From positions 34,782,001-34,846,000 of the forward strand of contig CM097888.1 of assembly GCA_044892525.1 (NCBI GenBank): a stretch of DNA of 64,000 bases, read 5' to 3'. This DNA comes from Schmidtea polychroa (lineage: Eukaryota). Shown here in pieces: positions 24,626 through 37,075 of this stretch (position 1 is its first letter; every line of letters begins with the position of its first letter). Under the pieces are notes generated by a model. That model was not told the DNA's origin and made no database searches. It saw only the letters and a list, made by a program, of their open reading frames with translations. The translations under genes were made by a program, and so were the position numbers.

Positions 24626-26230
24626 AAATATAATAAAAAGACATACTGCGTTTGTTATTTTGGAATTAAACAAATATTTTTTTCTAATATCTCAGTTTAG
24701 ATAAAACTTGAGAGGTTTGAAGTGTTAAATAAGGAGTTGTTATTTAAATCAGTTCAATTACTTGGAAAGTGATTATCTTNNNNNNNNNNNNNNNNNNNNN
24801 NNNNNNNNNNNNNNNNNNNNNNNNNNNNNNNNNNNNNNNNNNNNNNNNNNNNNNNNNNNNNNNNNNNNNNNNNNNNNNNNNNNNNNNNNNNNNNNNNNNN
24901 NNNNNNNNNNNNNNNNNNNNNNNNNNNNNNNNNNNNNNNNNNNNNNNNNNNNNNNNNNNNNNNNNNNNNNNNNNNNNNNNNNNNNNNNNNNNNNNNNNNN
25001 NNNNNNNNNNNNNCTATTTTATACCATTTTATTTCATTTCTATTTTATTTCTAAATTTAAAAACATATTTATTTACTTTTAATTATTTATTGATAAAAAT
25101 TTTAATTTTTAAAATCATTTTAAAATCAATTAAACAATTTATCATTGGAACATTTTATAATTATTCTGGTTTAATTATTTCGTGTCCATCTCCTATGCTG
25201 TTATGAAGATGACCTTGAAAATTCAAATTTGTTTATTTTTTGTAGAGACAAAATAGTTTATTATTTTCTATGGTATTTATTGTGGTAATACATTGTTCCT
25301 TAACCGTGTTTAGTTTAAATAACAAAAATTTTTATTGAATGTATTAATTTTGTAAGTATATAAAATATTTTTATAACTTTTTAACTTTTTAATTCTATTA
25401 AATAAAACTGATACATATATATATATATAATGTATGTAATAATATTTGTAATTAGTTTATAATTAGTTTTTTAAGTATCACCTCTGTTCCAAAATAATTA
25501 AACTATTTGACTTTTTTCTTGATTTTTAGACTAAGAAATGGATAATTATAACAAAATTTTATGTTTATCTTTTATGAATGTGCAGATTTTTTTATTAAAA
25601 TTTGTCTAAACAAAAATTTACTTAATCACTTTGCAATAGAGTTCAACGCCACAAATAATTCATTGTTTTTATTTTATTTGTCCTTTGACATATGATTCAA
25701 TTTATAATTATTGTTTCCTTCGACCAGCAATATTGATTGCATTTTTTGCTGTAACGTAAAAAATATATTCCCCTCAAATTTGTTTTATTGCCTCCTTAAA
25801 TGGTCTTATTATTTCAAAAATTTTTTCCATAATTCGAAAATATCCATTATATAATCCATAGAGTATATCACATTTGTTGTATTAAATTAAAACACCTTAT
25901 TAGTTGCAGCACTTCTTGTATTTCTAAAATTCCATTAAAATCGGGCTTAATTCAAATAACGCTTATTTAGTTTCAATAATATTTAAACAAATTATTAGAT
26001 GGTTTGAGAAGTTTTTCTAAAATAATAAGTAATTAATAAGTAATTATTTCAACATACAATCATAAGTTCATACAATATATGATAATAAATTAATATAATA
26101 TATTTTAAACACATCATACACTATTTACTGCAATTTTTGTTCAATAATTTGTTTCTACATGCAATAAATCCAGTTCCTACATGTCATAACATCTTAAATC
26201 TGTTTATCGATCATGAGAATATTGAATACT

Positions 26231-26511
26231 CAGGGATACTCAACCTTTTCAGATCATTGGAACCCTAATAATTTATAAAATAACTCACGAAACCTTAATT
26301 TTTAAAAAATGCTTTAAGTTTCCAAATGCATCAAATTTAGGTATCTGTTTTCAACGGAAATGCAGAGTCCACTTTGACTTATTTAGAATAAAACGAAGTC
26401 TCATAAAAGTCAAACTTTCAAAGAAATTGACCTATATTGAATGATTTCTTTCATGAATCGAATGTTCCGGAAGCCTTCAAAATTTTAATGAATCCAAGTT
26501 GAAGAACCCTG
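26231..26511. mobile_element. Possible old hAT MITE
   Basis: Degenerate TIRs CAGGGATACTCAAC / CAGGGTTCTTCAAC. No matching 8-bp TSD. Confidence 0.4.
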
Positions 26512-27999
26512 ATTGGAGTTTTCGATTATAAAATTGAACCAATAAAAATGTAGAAAATGAATTTTTAAAAAATCAGCATTTGAACATTCTAGATAAATTT
26601 TGACAAGTTGAAAAGAATTATTTTATAATCGAAAATTTTCTCGATTAATAAATATTTTGCAGCAAAGACTTAATATATAAATATATAATATTTTTTTTAT
26701 TAAAATAAAGTAATTTTTTAACTTTCAATGTAAAATGACGCTTCCTAATATGAAAAACTAAACACTGTCTTGTTATTGTAATATGGAGCAGACAACGCTT
26801 AGCGCATAGAGCTAAACAAAAGTTCTTACTAAGTCGCGCCATGGGACAGGCTATCTCTATGCTATATCCTTTTGACGATACTGTTAAACAGTATTTAGTA
26901 GACAGGAAACAAATATTAATAGTATAAAAATTCTAATATTACATAAAATTTGATTGATCTTATGAAAAATTATAGTGACAATTTGTAAAATATCTTTATA
27001 AATATTTTAAATAAATTCAAATCAAATGAAACAATTTTTGAAAATATTTTCCAAAGTGCGTTTTCTTTCAATTCAAAGAGCATGTAGGTAGATATTTGTC
27101 TAGACTTGGGAAAATTTAATTTAAAAATAGGATGAATGATTGCTGTAACATGTTTAATTGTATTCCATTGAGAATAGTTTATCATATATCTCAATGAAAT
27201 TTTACCATCAATTGATATTTACATTTATCATTGCTTATTGAATTGGAAATTTTACAAAATGTCTTATTATTTATTATTTTGAAGTTATAAAACTTTTTTT
27301 GGTAAAAACAATTTCAAAAATCCAATTTATGGAATATATAAAAAAATTAATAATACACCCGTTTTCAGTGAACAAATGTAAAAATAAAATCAATAAGTGT
27401 ATATTATATAAACTACAAACTTACCTGTGTGTTGATTTTTAGCGTTGCAATGAACAGACGCATTTAATATAGAAAGTGAGAAAGTGGTAGAAAAAATAAA
27501 CTGACACACACAAACACAACACATAGTAAAAAATGCATGTACTTAAAAAAGGCAGTGTCGAAAATGTGTGTTACATAATAAATTTTTCTATAGCCTTAAT
27601 GAAAATAAGTGAGATAGTAAAAGAAAGTAAAAATAGATCAAAGGTAAACAAACAAATAAATGGTTTTTCTGATAAAATAATTAAGTCGAGTGTAAGAAAA
27701 GTAAAATTTAAAATTAAAAGTTTAGTTAATAATAGTCAAAAATAAACATATTAAAACGTTATAAAGTTTCTTTTGTATTTTATTTTATATACGATAACTA
27801 AATTCATATTTTTTTTATTTAATTTTTATTATAACGATGTATTTAAAATGTAATAAATATAATTCAGATCAATATTATTTGTGGGAAACTCATACTAAGC
27901 ATTTCACAGTTTGAGTTGAACTATTATTTTAACATATATAAGTATTATTATAAGAACTATTATTTCTTCCAATTTCACCATTTATTATTTTTTCCATTG

Positions 28000-28101
28000 A
28001 ATTTATTAAAAAGAGAGTTTGAAGATTATGAATCAGTAATATATCGATGTTTGTTGATATATTACTGATTTATAGTCTTCAAACTCTCTTTTTAATAAAT
28101 T
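28000..28101. repeat. 46-bp inverted repeat with 10-nt loop
   Basis: Arms at 28000-28045 and 28056-28101 differ at 2 positions. One arm recurs at 44543-44590. Confidence 0.85.
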
Positions 28102-28132
<31 letters not shown>

Positions 28133-28959
28133 ATGTATGTGTGTCGTGGGCTATACAAAATATAACTTGTTGATAGAATTGTCAATTTAGCAAAGATTAT
28201 AAGATATACGTGTCGACATTCGGTATAGATAGCCGTTAATGAGTATAGCATGTCATTCTAGCTCAGGTGGTTAACTTTATTTTGCACCAGATTTTCGTTT
28301 TTTTAATATTTCAAATTGTAAATTAATACGGAAATCGAGAATTTGAAATTTAATAAACCAGTTTGTGAATAAGAGTTAAATTAAAAACCTGAAAAGGGTA
28401 GGACTGAAAATTCATGTTAAATATAAAAAACTAAGCTATTTTACAAAATAAAATTGAAGATAAAGGTATGATAAAATTATTGGAGTTAGATTTAATTAAT
28501 AAAGTGAAAATCTGAATTTGTTTAATGAAAGGGTTTCCCGGTGTGTTAGCTTTACGGGAGTTCTTTCTCAAAAAGAATCGAGAGGTGTTGATATCATGTC
28601 TCATGATCAAGATATTTTACTTGAAAATCTTTTATTAAATAAAAATCAACGATATGGAATTTATGACAACGGTAAATAAAGTCTTGTTTTAATAAAGTGC
28701 TTCATGTTCTATTTCAAATTCAGATTAAACCTCTGCAAGCAGATACCTAAATATCATGAAATAATCTCAGAATTTTACACAATCAAAGTATCAATACAGT
28801 TATTGGTCATTCATAATTAAAATTTCTTGACCAAATCCTTATTGACTAAAAACTCATTTTAAAAGAGAAAAAGGTGATACATATATTTTTACAAAGATGT
28901 TTAGAAGTAAAGAAAAGTGAATATTCAAAATAATGTGGAAATTTATTAATGAAGAAGAG

Positions 28960-29930
28960 CTAATAAGATTTATCGGCGTTTACTAAAGGTGTATATGAAT
29001 CTAAAATATGTTTTCAACCTTGATGTCACACATAAATGAAGAAAGCCTTTCAAGGCCATCATATCTCGAACTCGTTTTAAAAATATATTATATTTTAAAA
29101 CATTTGTCAATGAAACTAAGAGATTACAACAAATCCTATTGGAACCAATGCAAGAATATTTTTAGTTATTGAATGCTTACGTGCGATATACGTTCATTCC
29201 TGAGGTAGGTACATTTCACGGTAGATATCCGTTGAAGCAATAAATTTCATCCTAATCAGGTGGAAATTAATAATATATGTTTAGTAAAAATATGAAATTC
29301 ATGAAATAAAATGTAATTCATGAAATTAAGAGTTCTGGTCATTAGCAAGAATTTTGTAAGTATAATAATAATAATAAATATAACAATAAATAAACCATAG
29401 TTACCCTTTTTCTAATGCTAAGAAAAGGATCCTTTCATTAATATTATTTGTATTAGTTCTTAGTGCCTTAACCCTTTCTTGGCTAATGATGCCATATGGA
29501 ATCATGATATATTTAATAAAGGTATAGACATCTATGGACTGGTAGGTATCATATTTTTATTTATGATCGATAAGGAATATCTATACTTTTAATGTAAAAT
29601 CATTTAATCCCGCCTTTTACCAAATATTTTATTGTTTTTGTCATTTGAAAGTAGCAACAAGTGATTTTAGGACGCCATTTTCAACTCTTAATTCAGCCAG
29701 GAAAGGGTTAAAATGGCTGATTGTTAAATAAAATGACAAATTTTCAAAAATATTAGAAAACTGCTGAAAGAGGTTAAAAAAGTACCAGAAGTCCAATTGA
29801 TCTAAAATGATTCCGAATTGGAGGTATTCATTGTGGACCAGATTAAGAAAAGAACGACAAGAAAAAGGTCATATGTCATATTTGACAATATGATTGACAT
29901 TAATCTAATTAATGCATTATTATTAAAAAA
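28960..29930 (+). mobile_element. Decayed piggyBac transposase relic
   Basis: Pieces FKAIISRTRFKNI (cf. F...MSR.RF), FHGRYPLKQ (cf. FRGRCPFKQY) and VPEV...VDQI..KRTTRK..VIFDNMIDINLINA (cf. KPE...VDQ...R.TRRWP..F..M.D....NA). Confidence 0.6.
29472..29707. mobile_element. piggyBac-type MITE (236 bp) nested in the piggyBac relic
   Basis: TTAA at 29468-29471 and 29708-29711. TIRs CCCTTTCTTGGCT / CCCTTTCCTGGCT (12/13). Confidence 0.85.
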
Positions 29931-31875
29931 ACCAATTATAAAAATTAAAGAAGGGCACTGTAATTTCAAAAATTAATTAGAAGGGTAAAAAGTAAAATAT
30001 GAAAGTGATATAGAAACTAAAAGGACAATTTGATATTCAAACTCAAATACTGCTTTTTTAATTATTCCTCATTTTGCTGAGATTTGTGTGTCACATTTAA
30101 CATCTTTTACATTCTTACTCAAGCAACTGATGCGCAAAAGATTATCATTTAAATAATAAATATATTAATTTCACTTTAACAAAATTAAGTAATTATTTTT
30201 GTGAATTGGATAAAGAGAGATTCTGATAGAGAGTTTGAACTATGGTTAAAGAAATAAAACAGATCANNNNNNNNNNNNNNNNNNNNNNNNNNNNNNNNNN
30301 NNNNNNNNNNNNNNNNNNNNNNNNNNNNNNNNNNNNNNNNNNNNNNNNNNNNNNNNNNNNNNNNNNNNNNNNNNNNNNNNNNNNNNNNNNNNNNNNNNNN
30401 NNNNNNNNNNNNNNNNNNNNNNNNNNNNNNNNNNNNTTTGCTGCAATAATCCTTATTAATTTCGTAGTCTTTGATCTTCTTTTTAATTTTCATTTTCTCT
30501 TTTCTCATTGGTTGAAATAAATAAAATTAATGAATAAAAAACATTTTTCAAGAATTCGAAATTAAATTTACTGTAAAACTCAAAATAAAAGAATAATAAA
30601 TTTTTAATTTTTAAAGTTTTTATAACTAATTTTTAATTTTTTAATAAAAAATATCATAAAATTTAGAGTGCCACAATAATTTTGAGCAAAGGTCAGTTGC
30701 AAAAGAGTAACTTTTAATTTCTTAGTCAAAAAGCAAGAATTTTTGTATTTATACTGTATTTAATTTTAGGGATAAACTCAAAGTTTTGGCATTGTTTTCA
30801 TTTAAAATTTATTCTAGTAATATAATATTTACAAAATATAATTTATTTTTAAGCATCTAATTGTTATCAATTGAAACATTTTGATATTTAGAAATATTTA
30901 TTTTTTATTTTTTCTATTTTAATATTTTTTAATTTAATTTTTATTTTATTAAATTAAATTAAAAGCAAACTAAAAATAATATTAAAAATTTACAATATTA
31001 ATTTACTATATTAATAGCATCAATTTAGATGCATGACAAAAATAGTGTGCAGACTTTGCAAAAGATTAAAAGTTCTTCTTTTTTCTAAGTTCATATATTT
31101 CTGTAAAAGATTATGTAAGTGCATTTATATTTAAGATTAATTAAACTGATTCATTATATTACTAAAAGAATTTAGTGAGGAACTTTCAGTTTAACATAAA
31201 TAAATAATACCTTTCTAAATTTTATTTATCTTAAAATAAACTTAATTAAAATGATATTTTAATTCACATTCGGAAGGAGATCATGAAGTTATAAAAAATA
31301 AATTCAAATTCAAAGTAATTAAAATTTAATAACTAAATTATGACCAAAATGTAAATTCATAAATATATTATGTTTAAAAAACAAATATATAAAAAATATT
31401 AATCGGAACTGATATAATAAATTGATATAAAAATAATATTTGAGAGCATATAAATGTGTTTCTGCTGTAGCACTTTTTGGTACATCCCCATCCCCTTACT
31501 ACTTACTAAATAATTTTATTTATTAATTAATTTTATTATGTATTTATTTTAATTCTTTTATTATTAACATTATATATATATTAATTATCGTCTTAGAGAT
31601 ATTTTTGGATATCAGGTTTTCTTGTACAATTCCAGTTTGAAATGAACTGTTGTTTTGGTAATAATTATTTACACAGCTGAAACTACCACTGTGTCATTTA
31701 GAATAAAACTACAACAAGAGGCAAATTGACATTGAAACTTTATACAATTTCCTCAGTTTTAAATTACAATTGATTTTAGGAAACTATATTTTGACAAAGA
31801 ATATTAATTATTACAATTTAAATGAAATTTCATAAAAAATCAAGGAAAAAAATATTTTACAATAATTTTTATAAC

Positions 31876-31908
<33 letters not shown>
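31876..31908. repeat. (ATT)n microsatellite at the 5' junction of the Penelope-like element
   Basis: 11 units; this is the source of the poly-Y in the ORF track. Confidence 0.95.
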
Positions 31909-34182
31909 CAAGAAAACATTTTGAAAACGTATTTGAATAACCACCCAAAAGAATTGATCTACGAGGTACAAAGACAATCCTTCATGACAGCAGAAGTACA
32001 TTATTCCTTGCGATTTGACAAAAGAATCAAACACCTTTTGAGAAAAAAGGAGCTCAAAGCAGGCCTTGTTAAGAACAATGAAACACTGGACGGAAACGAA
32101 AGCATTACAGTGAACAAAGAACTAGTAACCGACCTCACAAATTGTCTATCCAAAGGTGAAAAAGGATTACTTTCACTAGGACCAAAGTTCAGTATAAACA
32201 GAGAAATAGATGAAGCAGCCATCCTCAATTTCAAAACATCTCTTTGTCGCATTGCGTACCAGATCAAATGGAACAATACAATACCGCATGAAAATGAAAA
32301 TAGCGAAAACCAGCTCCCAGTATACATAAACACAGATAAACTCTATCAACCAAATCCTGATGCAGAATTAGATTCAACACTCTCAAAGGTCTGTCACAAA
32401 ATCATGGAGTTAGTTGAGAAGGAAAGAAGAAAACCATATCTCTCAAACCTAACGAAAGACGAACAGGCAATATTAAAATCCCTTAAAAAGAAACCGTACG
32501 TTTACTTACCAAGTGACAAGGGGGGAGAATTTTGCATTATAGAGAAGAATCGTTACTGTGAAGCTGGTTACGAACACCTCGGCAACATCGAAACATACAA
32601 GAAAGTCAGCCGCATGTCACCAAACACCATCGAAATGAAGATCAACAAAGTATGGAAAGCCATAGCTTTGGAAATGAGGCTCAACAACAGAATAACCAAC
32701 AGCTTCGTCACAAAAAATTCTGATCTTCCTAACTTCTACCACCTAATTAAAACTCACAAAGAGGGTCCTGGTATCAAAATTAGACCTATAGTGTCCAACA
32801 AAAATGGACCAACAACTAAAACAAGTTGGCTCCTTGCAAAGATCTTGAAACCTTTATTGGACACGATACCACACCATCTTCAAAGCAGCGACTGCCTCAT
32901 GACAAGACTAAATAATAACATGACTTGTCATAGAGAATTCCAATACCCATTTAGTCTTGATGTCGTATCACTATACACATCTATCGAACCAACAGAGGCT
33001 ATTCAATGTTTAGAAAAGAAATTAAGAGAAAGCAACTTGTTAATAAAGGAAATGAATACCAAGAATATCATCAAACTACTTACTGTTATCCTCGAGAACA
33101 CCTATTTTACCTTTGAACAAAATATCTATAAACAAGTTAAAGGTCTGCCTATGGGTTCTAGCATATCAGGACTGCTAGCAATCATCTTTATGGATAACCT
33201 CGAACGACAGACACTGAGGACCATACAACCCATCGGTTTCTATGCAAGATATGTAGATGATATCTTCATCTTGACCAAAAACAGAAAAGAAGCGGAGGAA
33301 ATATTTCATTCATTCAATGCGGCTCATCAAGATATTAAGTTCGAAATCGAATATCCGGAAGAAGATGGATCCCTCAATTTATTGGATTTGAGAATCAAAA
33401 TAGAAGAAAATACTCCAACATACGGGTTCTACAGAAAACCAGCTCGCAAAGAAATATTTATGCACCAAAGATCAGCGCTTCCATACTTACAGAAAGTAAA
33501 TGTCATAAGAAACGAGAAACGAAGAATAGCCAATCGATGCACGGAGAAAAACGAAAACTTTAAAGAGCAATCAAATTTCAATAAAATCCTACACCGAAAC
33601 GGATACCAAGGTGAGGACATTGAAAAAATGAATTCTACCCCAAGAAGATCTAGGGAATTAACACAAAAGAATCAGAAATATTTCTATCTGAATATCCCAT
33701 TCATCAGTGACATACTCGACTTCAAGATCCTGAAAGAACTTAAACGTACCGGTCTTCCAATTCGGATAGCACATAAATCTTGGACATTGAGAAGGGCTCT
33801 GGCAGGCAACATAAATAGAGAAAACAATTGCACAATGAAAAACTGCCAGACACCGAAAGATATGTGCTTTAGAAAAAACATCGTCTATTGCATCACGTGC
33901 AATGTATGCAATGAAATCTACATTGGAAGTACCCTCAGGACATTGCACCAAAGAGTTAAAGAACATCTAGATCCTGGTGGAACATCCTCGTTGGGCAGAC
34001 ATCTCCGGCAGTGTCAGCCAACAGAGGAAAGAAAAAATATTTCAATAGAAATCATAGCTAATGGAAACATCCAAAAGAAAAATGTCAGAATCAAAGAAGT
34101 AATTCTCATAATAAACAGACAGCCAAAGATCAACACTAAAGAAGAAATCAATGAAATCATGAATTTGATCTGTTGTCATTGA
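31909..34182 (+). mobile_element. Penelope-like retroelement, 5'-truncated, uninterrupted RT + GIY-YIG ORF (~757 codons)
   Basis: DKGG motif, RT motifs SLDVVSLYTSI, GLPMGSSIS, YVDDIF, LLDL and YRKPA, Cys linker CTMKNC..MC, and GIY-YIG IVYCITCNVCNEIYIGSTLRTLHQRVKEH. No internal stops. The upstream ATG at 31822 is probably flank sequence. Confidence 0.93.
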
Positions 34183-34746
34183 CTTTGAGAATAACTGACA
34201 ATATACAAAGAAATTAAAAAAATAAGAATAAATTAAAAAGTAATAATTAGAATAATATAGAAAAAAATTTAAAAAAAAATAGGGTTTGAAAATCAAAATT
34301 GACACATTTATTGAAATATTTAAATAGCATATATAAGTAGTTATTGGAGGCTTTATTTAAAATATTTTCAAATATTTTATTAGGCTTCTAGAAGCTAATT
34401 ATAGAAGCTGTAAAAAATTTAAAAATTTTAGTTTGTGTCATTTTGAAATTTTAAATGTAAAAATTATAAAAAAATTTTAAAAGTTTTTAGTAAAACAATT
34501 CATTATATTTACAACCAATGAGAATTAAGAGAAAGGAAATAAAAGAAAGATTGAAGGGTATTTTGAAGAACATTGCTAAATTCCAGGAGATTGACAAGGA
34601 CTATCGTATAGTCGAAAATTCTTTCATTAAATACATTATTTGCAGCAAAAGGCTTAAATTATCATTTTATTGTATTATTATTATTGTTATTATTTTTATT
34701 GTTTAAATTCAAGATAAAGACTAATAATTTTATTTTCATCCACAGA

Positions 34747-35121
34747 GCCACGGGGATCAGCTTTGAATAATAACAGTTTGTCCATTTCAATACCATAAGA
34801 TAATGCACTCATTGAACAACCTAATGGTCGCATCTCAGTTGATTGGGTATAAAGCTGATTAATATCCGCAATAGAACGACATATTATGTCACAAGGCATT
34901 TCATATCCATGTTTATATCTAAATCGAGCTGCTTACATTTGTGCACGACATACTTGAGATCAATAATCAGCGATCATACCAGTCATAACACCTCCAGTAC
35001 TTTCAGTAATATTAAACAATCTTGTAGCTGAACTCTTCTCAATCATTGTATCTGGAACCTTTCTTTGTGTAGCTACTACATCACAATTATTGCCTCGAAT
35101 ACCAACGGAAAGCAATCCACC
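34747..35121 (-). pseudogene. PSMA6: Proteasome subunit alpha type-6 pseudogene fragment
   Basis: One frame reads GGLLSVGIRGNNCDVVATQRKVPD...[54 protein letters not shown]...KADPRG, collinear with PSMA6. In-frame stops at 34960-34962 and 34933-34935. Both termini of the protein are missing. Confidence 0.88.
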
Positions 35122-35396
35122 AAATAAATTTAATATTAGTTGGCCAAAAACACCATTAACGTTATCAGGATCTCTTGGGGTCATAAAAAAGGAACCATCA
35201 GTTTCGTTGGTAGTATTTCCCATTTCCATTACTTCATTAAAAGCAGCCATATTTTATCCGAAAAATCATTAGAAAACCAAATTATTCGACTCCATTAACT
35301 CAAAACATAACTCATCATAAATTCAAAAATCGATAAAAATCTAAAAATTACAACATCACAAAAAACTAATTAATAAAATTGCCATACCTATTGCTC

Positions 35397-35451
35397 GCGT
35401 CTGTGTGCGCACACAAACCCATCCCACAATACAACGCGCACACAGACGCGC
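35397..35451. repeat. GC-rich hairpin element (15-bp arms), related copy at ~46357-46411
   Basis: CGCGTCTGTGTGCGC ... GCGCACACAGACGCG. It abuts the gap at 35454. Confidence 0.75.
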
Positions 35452-36842
35452 ATNNNNNNNNNNNNNNNNNNNNNNNNNNNNNNNNNNNNNNNNNNNNNNN
35501 NNNNNNNNNNNNNNNNNNNNNNNNNNNNNNNNNNNNNNNNNNNNNNNNNNNNNNNNNNNNNNNNNNNNNNNNNNNNNNNNNNNNNNNNNNNNNNNNNNNN
35601 NNNNNNNNNNNNNNNNNNNNNNNNNNNNNNNNNNNNNNNGAAAATTTCGTTTTCATTCATATCTTATTCCATTTTCTTCTGGACAAATTTTCACTTCAAT
35701 TTATTTATTTTTATTTATTCATTCAATTTATTTAAATAAAATTTTTTTATTAGCATTTAATTCATTCAGGATTCAACATTTATCTTCTCATTTATGGTTA
35801 GGTTTAAATAAATTTTTAATTTGTTTTCAACGGAAAAAAAGTTATTTAATGTTATAAATTTTAATTTTTAATTTTTACGATAAGTTTTATTTAAAGAATC
35901 TATAAATTTTGTTCAAAGGAAAACTTATTTTTACTTATTTAAAATTTATTGTAAAATTTAACCTCTTGCCAAGTAATAGATTGTATCAAGGAAAATGTCG
36001 TTTTAAATTGTCTGGCTTCTATAAATGAAAACTCCCAATTTAGTTATGCCTCATTTATTTTTTAATATTTTTTTATTTGTTTATTTGATGAAAATTTAAA
36101 AATCTTAGGATTATTTTGAAATTTTCCAGGGATTCACCAATATCAGACTCATGCTTTTTGTATTTTTTATAAATGGAAAAAAACAACATAGTTACAACAA
36201 ATAACATAAATGTTGTTTATTCTGTATTCATAATTATGATAAAAGTTCAAAAATATGAAAATAGATCTAAGAAATGTCTTGAAAGTTCCCCATCGTCAAA
36301 TGAAAATGACGAATTAATTCAACCGATTTATTAAGAAAGATCTTGTATCAATTGGATATGGGAAAGAAGTAAATATATAATCACATCCTTCAAACAGAAA
36401 ATTGAGAAGTTATTTGAATTTAAAAATAATTTTTAAGAGTTTAATGATAATTATTTAAATTTAATTAACTATAATAATGATGGTGGTAGGTCATTTATTA
36501 AGATTAAAATAAATAATATAAAATTCAATTGCTTATTAGATACAGGGGCTATAATTAGCGTTTTAAGTAAAAGAGTAACTGAACTAATAAAAATTAATAT
36601 CAAGAGTGGAAATTATAAAAAGTTAGTTTGTGTAATGCTAGCGAATTAAATATAAGGAGTTGTGGAAATATTGAAATTAAATACGAAAAATTGATTATAA
36701 TTGCAAATTTTTACATTTTAAATGAAACTTACCCTGAAATTATTTAAGGCATTGATATATTAAAAGAAATGAATATCATATTAATGGGATTTTATAAATA
36801 TAATAATGTTGGTAACATTTGAAATAATAAATGTTTACTAAG

Positions 36843-37075
36843 TATGAGGAAGTTTTATGATGAAGAAATTTTTAAATTGAAAATTTTAAAAATTAAAGTT
36901 TAGATTAATTTCTAAAAAAAACAAAATAAGATATTTTAATTAAAAATATCTTTGTAGAAAATTTGTTTAAATAAGAAAGATTAAAGAAGATATAATTTGA
37001 TTTTGATATTTATTGAAATAAAATTTATGGAAACAAAAACTGATTTTAATGTTTTACAGGATGAACCTCCTAATA
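36843..37075 (+). repeat. 5' LTR (233 bp)
   Basis: Starts TATGAGGAAGTT and ends AACCTCCTAATA (imperfect terminal inverted repeat). Confidence 0.92.

Noticed and set aside
31822-31908. N-terminal MKFHKK...poly-Tyr of the 786-aa ORF
   Set aside because: This is AT-rich flank plus an (ATT)n microsatellite that happens to be in frame, not a real domain.
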